Shown piece after piece: positions 28,012 to 36,286 of a stretch of 64,000 nucleotides of DNA. The notes below the pieces were generated by a model. That model had not been told where the DNA came from. It was given only the letters and a program-made list of their open reading frames with translations, and searched no databases. This stretch comes from Myxococcota bacterium (GTDB lineage: Bacteria; Myxococcota_A; SURF-8): contig OZ223209.1 of assembly GCA_965140415.1 (NCBI GenBank), forward strand, positions 4,480,001 to 4,544,000. Reading direction: 5' to 3'. The stretch's first letter is position 1. Each line of letters begins with the position of its first letter. The position numbers and the translations under genes were made by a program.

Positions 28012-29907
28012 TTAGGTTTCCTCTCTAAAACTCATCACCAACTCGTATACACCCTCGTTTCGCTTCCTTGTAATGTCAAACCCCATCTTCTCGAACAGTC
28101 GAAGCATTGGTTCATTTTCAACAAGAACTTCAGCAGTGAACCCCAACAAACCTTGTTTCTTAGCGAGGAACGTAATGTAGTTCAGCAGTTCGGAGCCGAT
28201 GCCGTTGCGTTGAAAACTGTCGCTTACCGCAAAGGCAACCTCACCTGTATGAGCGTGTTCCTCTATCCCATATTGACCTACTCCAGCGACAACCTCCTTT
28301 TCATTGTCCTTTACAACGGCCAAAATGACCATCTCTTTTGTATAATCGATAACCACAAACTCCTGAAGCCGCTCGTGCGGCATATCCTTGCGCGTCGAAA
28401 TAAACCGACGATACATGCTTTGATCGGACAACGAATAGAACAAATCCTTCAACATCGGTTCATCGGAAATCTTGACAGGCCGTAACAACAAGTTAAGTCC
28501 CGTTTTGGTAATTCGCTTCGATTCCAGATGTTCGGGGTATTCGCCGCGTTTGCCGGGCATGAATGCCTGGTCCGCATAAATATAGTTCAGTCGCTTCGCC
28601 TCCTGGATCAACATACTGCGAAACTTGGGATGCGCAATGGCGATCAGACTCATGGCGCGCTCGCGAATGCTTTTGCCATGCAGGTAGGCAATGCCGTATT
28701 CCGTAACGACGTAATGCACGTCCCCACGAACAAGCGTGGTGCTGGCACCCACATCCAGCACCGGTGCGATACGCGAGACCTCCTCGTTATCCGCAGTACT
28801 GGGCAAACAGAGAATGGTTTTACCACCCGGAGCCAGAATCGCACCGCGCATGAAATCCGCCTGACCACCAATGCCGCTGTATTGCGTATTACCCAGTGAC
28901 TCCGCAGTGGATTGCCCGGTCAAATCGACCTGCAAGGCGGAGTTGATTGCAGTCATGTTACGATTGCGCGCGATCATCAATGGATCGTTGGTCTGATCGA
29001 CCGGCATGAACTGAATCGAAGGATTGTCGTGCAGGTATTCGTATGTTTCTTTGGTTCCCATGCAGAAACAGGCAATCGACTTGTTGCGATGCACGCTCTT
29101 GCGGGTATTGTCGATCACGCCCTTTTTCATCAGGTCTACCAAGCCATCACTGATCAACTCGGTATGCACACCCAGATGCCGCTTGTTTTCAAGACTTCTC
29201 ACCACGGCATTGGGCAGGGCACCGTAACCGACCTGAATGGTGTCGCCGTCCTGAATGATGCTGGCGACATAGCTTCCGATTTTCTTATTGATTCCATCCG
29301 GAGTGGAATCCACGTATTCCAGCACCGGTTCTTCATGTACGACGATGTAATCCACATCCGAAATATGAATGAAGGTATCCCCGTGCGTGCGCGGCATGCG
29401 GGGATTCACTTGAACGACCACCAACTCGGCCACCTCAACGGCTGCCTTTACGATATCCACGCTGATGCCCAGGCTGAAATAACCGTGAGCGTCCGGTGGG
29501 GACACCTGGACCAAAGCCATGTTTACCGGCACCATGCCTTTGAAGAACAGGGAAGGCACCTGATACAGAAATACCGGGGCATAATCCGCTGACCCCTTGT
29601 TCACGGCATCGCGCGAGTTCTCTCCAACGAAAAACGAATTCAAACGGAAATTGCTTTTGAATTTGTCATCGGCATAAGGCGCTACACCAAGCGTCCAGAC
29701 CTGTAGCACTTCCGTATCGAAAAATGCTTTGGGGTTGGACTGAACATAGTTTACCAAGCTATGGATCAGGTATTGCGGCTCACCACATGCCGTACTGATG
29801 AATATCCGATCTCCTGGTTGAATACGCCGAAACATGACGTTGGGGGGAACAAACTTTTTCGGATAGTCTCGCTTGAGGTTGTTCAGTATTTCAGGACGGA
29901 GTTTCAT
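28012..29907 (-). CDS. Acetyl-CoA hydrolase/CoA-transferase fused to a C-terminal GNAT domain
   Basis: CGEP, GVHTE, SGIGGQADF, VVTEYG.A motifs; C-terminal QRNGIGSELL and N..MLRLFEKMGF. Confidence 0.9.
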   Translation of the reverse strand: MKLRPEILNNLKRDYPKKFVPPNVMFRRIQPGDRIFISTACGEPQYLIHSLVNYVQSNPKAFFDTEVLQVWTLGVAPYADDKFKSNFRLNSFFVGENSRDAVNKGSADYAPVFLYQVPSLFFKGMVPVNMALVQVSPPDAHGYFSLGISVDIVKAAVEVAELVVVQVNPRMPRTHGDTFIHISDVDYIVVHEEPVLEYVDSTPDGINKKIGSYVASIIQDGDTIQVGYGALPNAVVRSLENKRHLGVHTELISDGLVDLMKKGVIDNTRKSVHRNKSIACFCMGTKETYEYLHDNPSIQFMPVDQTNDPLMIARNRNMTAINSALQVDLTGQSTAESLGNTQYSGIGGQADFMRGAILAPGGKTILCLPSTADNEEVSRIAPVLDVGASTTLVRGDVHYVVTEYGIAYLHGKSIRERAMSLIAIAHPKFRSMLIQEAKRLNYIYADQAFMPGKRGEYPEHLESKRITKTGLNLLLRPVKISDEPMLKDLFYSLSDQSMYRRFISTRKDMPHERLQEFVVIDYTKEMVILAVVKDNEKEVVAGVGQYGIEEHAHTGEVAFAVSDSFQRNGIGSELLNYITFLAKKQGLLGFTAEVLVENEPMLRLFEKMGFDITRKRNEGVYELVMSFREET

Positions 29908-30211
29908 CTCTCTCCTCTCGTTGACATCCTCTCTGACGCAGTGCGGCGAGCGCGCCAGCTTGGACTAGGTAATACGCTTTTCATCTCTCCTTGTCAAGGC
30001 AGTCTCGCAATATATTTCCATTCATTTAACTTATTGAAACGATAGATAAAACTAGCATATTTTCGAACAAACTACAAACACAATGCTCTTAGAGCGAGAA
30101 CCTGCTTCCCGAGAAAAGCGGGTTGTGATATATTCGAATTCGGCTCTTTTTGACTGTAACTTGAACGGTTATTCATTTTTACCCAGACCAGAAAAGGTCA
30201 TTTTTGCCATT

Positions 30212-31438
30212 ATGCCGTTGATTCGCTCTCAACCTAGCGCCCTGGACAAGCTCGAACAACTGGGCGAATCCGCTCAATTCGACCTGAGTTGCGGCAACTG
30301 CGGAGCCGGTAGACAGCGGCAACCTTCGCTCGATCGCTGGATTTACCCGGCTGCCATGCCCAACGGAAAAACGCAGAAAATGCTCAAAGTGCTGCTTTCG
30401 AACATCTGCACCTTCGACTGTCATTACTGCGCCCAGAGAGCCGAGCGCGATACCGAACGCTGTAGCTTTTCGCCGGATCAACTGGCCGGGCTTTTCGATG
30501 AACTCGTTCAGGCAAGAAAAGTGACCGGGCTGTTTCTTTCTTCCGGGATCTTCGGCGATCCGGTCACGGTGATGGACCGTATGCTCGATACGGTTGAGAT
30601 CATTCGCAAACGGCAGGGATTCAACGGCTACATTCACTTGAAGTTGCTGATGGGAGCGCAACCGGAACAGATCAGGCAGGCGTTGTATCTGGCCGACCGG
30701 GTTTCGGTCAATTTCGAGAGCATCAGTGACGATTACGTGCAGCGCATCGCACCACGCAAACAACTTACCCAGGGCTTGCAGGCTACACTCCACCAGGCCG
30801 TGGATATGATGAACTACGATCCGCTAGCCTATCGCTGCAAGGGCATGAGCACACAATTGGTCGTCGGTCCGGCAGGCGAGAACGATCGGGAACTGACGCT
30901 GTCGGTGGGGGACATTTACAATCGCTTTGGACTATCACGCGTGTATTACAGCGCTCATCAACCGATTCGCGACACTCCCCTGGAACACGCAGCCCGAACG
31001 CCGCTGTGGCGGGAGCATCGGTTGTATCAGGCCGATTTTCTGATGCGGGAATACGATTTCAAGGCAGATGAGTTCGTTTTCGGAGAGGGTAATTCCTTCC
31101 AGCGGCAGCTCGATCCGAAACTGGCCTGGGTATTGGCGCATCCGGAATGCTTCCCGGTAGAGATCAACCGCGCGCCGCTTCACGAATTACTGCGCGTGCC
31201 GGGCATCGGTCCCGTTGGAGCGAAGCGCATCGTCCAGCTACGCAGACAAAACCGCTTTCACTGGCCCGAGGATCTGCGCCCGCTGCGGATTCGCGTCCAC
31301 CAAGCCACCCCGTTTTTGACTTTCAACGGCAAACGACGCTTTGCCCAGGGACAACTGGACCTGTTTGCCTATTCCAATCAGCAAGCAGATCCCCAATGCC
31401 AATCCTCTGCAAACCCAACCGAGTCTATCGGGATATAA
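30212..31438 (+). CDS. Putative DNA modification/repair radical SAM protein with helix-hairpin-helix (start uncertain)
   Basis: CTFDCHYC; GLFLSSG; REHRLYQADFL; DPKLAW; LLRVPGIG. Confidence 0.88.
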   Translation: MPLIRSQPSALDKLEQLGESAQFDLSCGNCGAGRQRQPSLDRWIYPAAMPNGKTQKMLKVLLSNICTFDCHYCAQRAERDTERCSFSPDQLAGLFDELVQARKVTGLFLSSGIFGDPVTVMDRMLDTVEIIRKRQGFNGYIHLKLLMGAQPEQIRQALYLADRVSVNFESISDDYVQRIAPRKQLTQGLQATLHQAVDMMNYDPLAYRCKGMSTQLVVGPAGENDRELTLSVGDIYNRFGLSRVYYSAHQPIRDTPLEHAARTPLWREHRLYQADFLMREYDFKADEFVFGEGNSFQRQLDPKLAWVLAHPECFPVEINRAPLHELLRVPGIGPVGAKRIVQLRRQNRFHWPEDLRPLRIRVHQATPFLTFNGKRRFAQGQLDLFAYSNQQADPQCQSSANPTESIGI

Positions 31439-31441
31439 TGC

Positions 31442-31470
31442 TTGACTTGATAGACCGCATTCTCCATAAT
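31442..31470 (+). promoter_or_regulatory. Candidate sigma70 promoter
   Basis: TTGACT-17 bp-CATAAT upstream of 31560. Confidence 0.55.
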
Positions 31471-31559
31471 CCGAAATCGGCAACTTAACTACAACATTAA
31501 TTGAGCGCACCCTATCCCGGATAGAGTGAAACGATCACCAATGAAGAGAGGACCGAAGC

Positions 31560-32747
31560 ATGAAACGTGAGATGAATCTGTTTTTTCTGCTGATTCTCAT
31601 CCTGCTGATGGGAGTTTTTGCAGGATTCGCCGGTTGCAGTACCAGTGAATCGGACAACAACAACACACCAGTCGATGGCGACACCGCCGATGGCGATGAC
31701 TCCACCGACGGCGACACCGATACCGTAGCGGACGGCGACGGCAGCGAAGAAGAAACCACCAGTTGCCCGCCGGATCACGACGGCTGCTGCTTCACCGACG
31801 ATCACTGCGCCGAGGGGATCTGCTGGAACGGCGTCTGCGTACTCGAACCGACGACCGAAGCCACCGTGTGGTGGGAAGACACCTATTTCGATCCGACCGC
31901 TGGAACCGACGGTCATGGAGAAATGGTCGGCGATTACAAGCTGATCTCCGATGGCAGCGCGGCCATGAAACCGGTGACCGATTGTGGTGATGCGCTGGAA
32001 GATGTCGCCGATGCCGGAAGCGTTACCGTCGCCGGTGAAATCAAGGTTTTCGGCGTGGAAGCTCCCTGCCAGGCGTTGAAGGTGGAAGTGTACACCATGT
32101 ACACCGACGCCGGTGTCATCAAAACCAGCTTCAGCGATCCGATCGCAACCGGTGTCGTTGTGGATCCGCCCGATGAGGATTTCCGCTGTCATCTGACCAT
32201 CGAAAACGTTCCGGTCGGTCGCTGGTTGATCTTCAAATCCTATGACGAAGGCAACATCAACTTCAAAGACACCTACCAGAACAACGTTTACATCAAACCG
32301 GAAGACAAGGACAACAGCCCCTTCCCCATTGAGATCAACGCCATCTCCAACACCTCCTGGTCGCTGGTTCCGATCACCGCCGGAGTCAATGGCGGCATCA
32401 AGCCGGGACGTGGCGCGATTGCAGGCACCGTGAAGGACTGCGATGGCCGCCTGATCAAAAACGCCACCGTCGGCACCACCATTCGCCCGACATCGCTGGC
32501 CTATTTCAATGCCATGCCGGAAGATCTGACTCCACAACAGGGTTTGAAATACACCAACAGTGATTCCACCTGGGCAGCGTTGGACATCAAACCGGGCGCC
32601 ATCAAAGGCGTTTCGCTGGCGATGATCGACGGGGAAATCGTGGAACTGGCCAACTTCACCATGATCGTGGTGCCAGACGCCATTTCCATCATGGGTTTCC
32701 GCTGCGGCAATCCCATGAACTACGGTGAATTCACCGCTCCCGAATAA
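31560..32747 (+). CDS. Lipoprotein with acidic DGD-repeat linker, Cys-rich motif and beta-rich domains
   Basis: Lipobox FAGC; DGDTADGDDSTDGDTDTVADGD. Confidence 0.8.
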   Translation: MKREMNLFFLLILILLMGVFAGFAGCSTSESDNNNTPVDGDTADGDDSTDGDTDTVADGDGSEEETTSCPPDHDGCCFTDDHCAEGICWNGVCVLEPTTEATVWWEDTYFDPTAGTDGHGEMVGDYKLISDGSAAMKPVTDCGDALEDVADAGSVTVAGEIKVFGVEAPCQALKVEVYTMYTDAGVIKTSFSDPIATGVVVDPPDEDFRCHLTIENVPVGRWLIFKSYDEGNINFKDTYQNNVYIKPEDKDNSPFPIEINAISNTSWSLVPITAGVNGGIKPGRGAIAGTVKDCDGRLIKNATVGTTIRPTSLAYFNAMPEDLTPQQGLKYTNSDSTWAALDIKPGAIKGVSLAMIDGEIVELANFTMIVVPDAISIMGFRCGNPMNYGEFTAPE

Positions 32748-32771
32748 ACCGCATTTCGGATAGAGCTATCG

Positions 32772-32804
32772 CACCCGCTTCCTTTGAAGGAGGCGGGTGT
32801 TTTT
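32772..32804 (+). terminator. Rho-independent terminator
   Basis: CACCCGCTTCCTT..AAGGAGGCGGGTG followed by TTTTT. Confidence 0.75.
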
Positions 32805-32873
32805 GTTTGGCTTACCGAAGCAACGAGTAAAACGGACGGTCAGCAAATTGTCGGACGGTGTAACCATGGCAAA

Positions 32874-32961
32874 GGGTGGCGCGGGCCAAGCGGAATGGAA
32901 TGGAGCTTGCCCGTGTTCCTGTTTCGGCTCATGGGCAACCTGCGGTTCGCCCATGCCACCC
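32874..32961. repeat. REP/BIME-like element (terminal GGGTGGC/GCCACCC enclosing two hairpins)
   Basis: GGGTGGCGCGGGCCAAGC...GCTTGCCCGTG and CATGGGCAACC-TGC-GGTTCGCCCATGCCACCC. Confidence 0.6.
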
Positions 32962-32962
32962 A

Positions 32963-33055
32963 CCGTGTCTAACCTATTGAAAACACACAGCCTTCCACGA
33001 CCTTCGATCGCGAAAGACTATGCCACAAACTCATGGAACCAGTGGCTAAATATGA
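32963..33055 (-). repeat. 93-bp structured dispersed repeat, copy 1
   Basis: 83/93 identical (ungapped) to 40290-40382. Confidence 0.85.
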
Positions 33056-33076
33056 CGAAAACCTGGTCTGACCCGT

Positions 33077-33841
33077 CTATTTTCCGGCAAGAATAGCGGC
33101 GGCCTCTTCGGTATACTCGCCATCCGAGCGTTCGAGAAACAGAGGCGGAAGGATTTGCAATTCAGGCAGGCGCGTAGCAATGGCTTCGACCAATGCCAAG
33201 CGTGCGTCCTCGCCCATGCGCGGATACACCAAGCGCAGCCTGCGCGGTGGCAGATGATGTGTCTGAAGCACGGTGAATAGTTCATATAGACGAGAAGCCG
33301 GGTAGATGAAGAAGGCGCGTCCCTTGTTCGTCACCAGGTATTTGGCGGCGGCCACGACATCCACCATGCGGCACTGATGCTCCCTGCGGGCGATCGCTTT
33401 CTGCTCGCTGGGATTGTCGCGCCCGCTTCCTACCGGATAAAATGGAGGATTCGCCGTTACCACATCCGCCGATTGCGGAGGCAGCAGATCGCGTATTCGG
33501 CGTACATCTCCGTGGAGAATGCTCAGCCTGTCTTTAACCTCATTGAGTTCGACGTTGCGGCGGGCCAGCTCTGCCAGTTCGGTCTGGATTTCCACTCCCA
33601 ACGCACCCTGCGCCTTTCCCTGTTGCAACAGAATCAACGGGATGACCCCAACACCGCAGCCAAGATCAACGATACGCTGTTTTTTCTGAGAGAACGGCAC
33701 GAAGTCCGCCAGTAACACCGCATCCACCGAAAAGCGATACCCTCGCAGGGGTTGCAGCAGGCGCACCTTCCCATTGAGCGCGGCATCCAGACTTTCCGTT
33801 TCGGGATTGTAGTCGAGTGCTTGCTCCAGTTCTTCGGTCAC
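33077..33841 (-). CDS. tRNA1(Val) A37 N6-methyltransferase family (TrmN6/YfiC-like)
   Basis: GYRFSVDAVLL, DLGCGVG, NPPF, ARRE motifs. Confidence 0.85.
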   Translation of the reverse strand: MTEELEQALDYNPETESLDAALNGKVRLLQPLRGYRFSVDAVLLADFVPFSQKKQRIVDLGCGVGVIPLILLQQGKAQGALGVEIQTELAELARRNVELNEVKDRLSILHGDVRRIRDLLPPQSADVVTANPPFYPVGSGRDNPSEQKAIARREHQCRMVDVVAAAKYLVTNKGRAFFIYPASRLYELFTVLQTHHLPPRRLRLVYPRMGEDARLALVEAIATRLPELQILPPLFLERSDGEYTEEAAAILAGK

Positions 33842-34452
33842 ACGGACATTCCTTGACTGGCTAAGAAATCCCGGATTTCCGTTTCGGAGATCGCTCCGGG
33901 ACGCACGATTTTCAACCGTCCGTTGCGAATCGTAAGCACCGTCGATTCCGTTACTTCCTTGACCGATGTTTCATCGGGCAGTACCAGCACATCCCGGTTT
34001 TCGATGGTCAGTTGTACGATCTCTTCACTGACGGTAGGCGAGCGTCCGCTCAAATTGGCGCTGGTTGCCGTGATCGGCACTCCGGCGCGACGCACCAATT
34101 CCGTTGCGGTTGGATGACTGGAGCAGCGTAAACCCAGTAGGGGCATCGCCAGATGCACGACAGAAGCCGTCGGTTTGGCTCGCATCAATAACGTCAACGG
34201 ACCAGGCCAGTATTGCTTAATCAGCGCCCGTTCCATTTCGCTGGGCGAAGCCACGAGTTCTTCAAGCCAGCTTTCATCCGGAATCAGAACCGAATATGGC
34301 CGTTCACCCGAAGAGCCTTTGATGGTTCGCACACGGGACACTGCCACAGGATCGTCGGCGCGCGCACCGAGCCCGTAACAGGTTTCGGTCGGGTACGCAA
34401 CCACCGCCCCTTTTAAGATCGCTTCTACCGCCTGATCCATAGACGTCGTCAT
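33838..34452 (-). CDS. tsaC: L-threonylcarbamoyladenylate synthase (TsaC/YrdC)
   Basis: YPTETCYGLG, WPGPLT, TSANLSG motifs. Confidence 0.92.
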   Translation of the reverse strand: MTTSMDQAVEAILKGAVVAYPTETCYGLGARADDPVAVSRVRTIKGSSGERPYSVLIPDESWLEELVASPSEMERALIKQYWPGPLTLLMRAKPTASVVHLAMPLLGLRCSSHPTATELVRRAGVPITATSANLSGRSPTVSEEIVQLTIENRDVLVLPDETSVKEVTESTVLTIRNGRLKIVRPGAISETEIRDFLASQGMSV

Positions 34453-34461
34453 GATTGTTCC

Positions 34462-34968
34462 CTATTGTTGAAGCGTTTTCTGTAGCCGCTTGTCTTTTTC
34501 CACAACCTGCTTGGCCAGTTTTGCCTTGTACTCGGCATAACGACCGGCCAGTTCTTCATCGGATATCGCCAGAATCTGTACTGCAAACAGGCCCGCGTTA
34601 CGCGCTCCAGCCTTGCCGATTGCCATGGAAGCAACCGGAACGCCCGAAGGCATCTGCACCGTGGCGAGCAAGGCATCCAGCCCCTGCAACGCGCTGCTAT
34701 CGATGGGAACGCCGATAATGGGTAGCGTCGTTTCGGCGGCAATGACACCGGCTAAATGCGCAGCCGCTCCCGCGCCGACGATAAAACAACCGCAGCCGCT
34801 TTTCGCTGCGCTCTTCGCGATGGTAGAGGTGCGTTTGGGGGAACGATGCGCGGAGGATACCATCATCTTGGCAGGCACTCCGAACTCCACCAACGTATCA
34901 TACGCCTGGCGCATGATATCCGCATCCGAATCCGAACCCATTACGATCCATACTTCTTTCTTCGCCAT
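34462..34968 (-). CDS. purE: N5-CAIR mutase
   Basis: MGSDSD, SAHRSP, GAGAAAHLAG, QMPSGVPVA. Confidence 0.96.
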   Translation of the reverse strand: MAKKEVWIVMGSDSDADIMRQAYDTLVEFGVPAKMMVSSAHRSPKRTSTIAKSAAKSGCGCFIVGAGAAAHLAGVIAAETTLPIIGVPIDSSALQGLDALLATVQMPSGVPVASMAIGKAGARNAGLFAVQILAISDEELAGRYAEYKAKLAKQVVEKDKRLQKTLQQ

Positions 34969-34989
34969 GTTGAGAATTCTCCTGGTTGG

Positions 34990-36264
34990 TTACATACGTC
35001 CAAATGCCCGACGAGCAATGTCGGATCGATAATGTACGTTTTCCCATGTAATGATGTTAGTTGCTTCATAACTGCGCTCAACGGCTTGCTGGATGTTATC
35101 CCCCAGTGCCGTAACGCCCAAAACGCGTCCACCGCTGTTCTGCCAGACGCCGTCTACGAGTTTGGTTCCGGCATGGAAGACGGTCAGATCCTGCATCTGC
35201 TCCGCCTGATCCAACCCTGCAATCGCGTGTCCGGCATCCGCTTTGCCCGGATAACCGCCCGAGGCCATCACAACGCAAACCGCCGGGCGCGTGTCCCATT
35301 CGGCCTGCACATCGGCCAAACGGCCTTCCGCCGTCGCCAATAACAGCTCGACCAGATCGGATTTCAAACGCGCCATAATCGGCTGGGTTTCCGGATCGCC
35401 GAAACGGCAGTTGAATTCCAGCACGTACGGTACGCCTTCACAGATCATCAATCCCGCATAAAGTACACCGCTAAATGGAGTTCCGTCCTTCTCCATTCCT
35501 TCGATGGTCGGAATCATGACCGTTTCCATGATTTTATCGTGCATTTCAGGCGTGATCACCGGTGCCGGAGAATAGGCCCCCATACCGCCCGTATTCGGCC
35601 CCTGATCGTCGTTAAAGACTCGTTTGTGGTCCTGGCTGCTTGCCATGGGCAACACGGTCTTACCATCGGTCAAGGCGATAAAGCTGGCTTCCTCGCCGAT
35701 CAGCAGCTTTTCAACCACCACCACGTCTCCGGCCTTGCCGAAACGCTTGGAGACCAGAATTTCATCCAAGGCCTGCTCGACATCCTGCGGCTTGTAGCAA
35801 AGTATCACGCCCTTGCCTGCCGCCAGGCCATCCGCCTTGATCACGACCGGCAAGCCGATGCGTTCCACTGCATCGCGCGCCTCTTCGAGCGTTTTAGCGG
35901 TTTCATAGGCCGCAGTCGGAATCCCGTGGCGCTTCATCAAATCCTTGCTGAACGCCTTGCTGCCTTCGATCTGGGCGGCCAGTGCATTGGGACCGACGAT
36001 CTTCAGCCCACGGGCGGTGAAGGCGTCTACAATACCCAGCGTCAACGGATCTTCGGGACCGACCATGGTCAGCTCGATCCCTTCCGTCTCGGCAAACTGG
36101 GCCAGTTTCTCCACTTCATTGACCTTAATCGGCACACACTTCGCCACTTTGGCGATTGCATCGCTTCCTGGTGCGGCATACACGGTATCGACACTTGGAC
36201 TTTGGGCGATCTTCCAGACCAACGCATGCTCGCGTCCGCCACCGCCGATGACCAATACCTTCAT
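34990..36264 (-). CDS. purD: Phosphoribosylamine-glycine ligase
   Basis: GGGGREHAL, KADGLAAGKGV, QDHKR, NTGGMGAYSP, EFNCRFGDPE. Confidence 0.97.
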   Translation of the reverse strand: MKVLVIGGGGREHALVWKIAQSPSVDTVYAAPGSDAIAKVAKCVPIKVNEVEKLAQFAETEGIELTMVGPEDPLTLGIVDAFTARGLKIVGPNALAAQIEGSKAFSKDLMKRHGIPTAAYETAKTLEEARDAVERIGLPVVIKADGLAAGKGVILCYKPQDVEQALDEILVSKRFGKAGDVVVVEKLLIGEEASFIALTDGKTVLPMASSQDHKRVFNDDQGPNTGGMGAYSPAPVITPEMHDKIMETVMIPTIEGMEKDGTPFSGVLYAGLMICEGVPYVLEFNCRFGDPETQPIMARLKSDLVELLLATAEGRLADVQAEWDTRPAVCVVMASGGYPGKADAGHAIAGLDQAEQMQDLTVFHAGTKLVDGVWQNSGGRVLGVTALGDNIQQAVERSYEATNIITWENVHYRSDIARRAFGRM

Positions 36265-36286
36265 TCACTCCTCCTGTTCACGAATA

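Noticed and set aside
30064-30080. LexA-like box (GAAC-N7-AAAC) upstream of the radical SAM gene
   Set aside because: Imperfect match, and the LexA motif of this lineage is unknown
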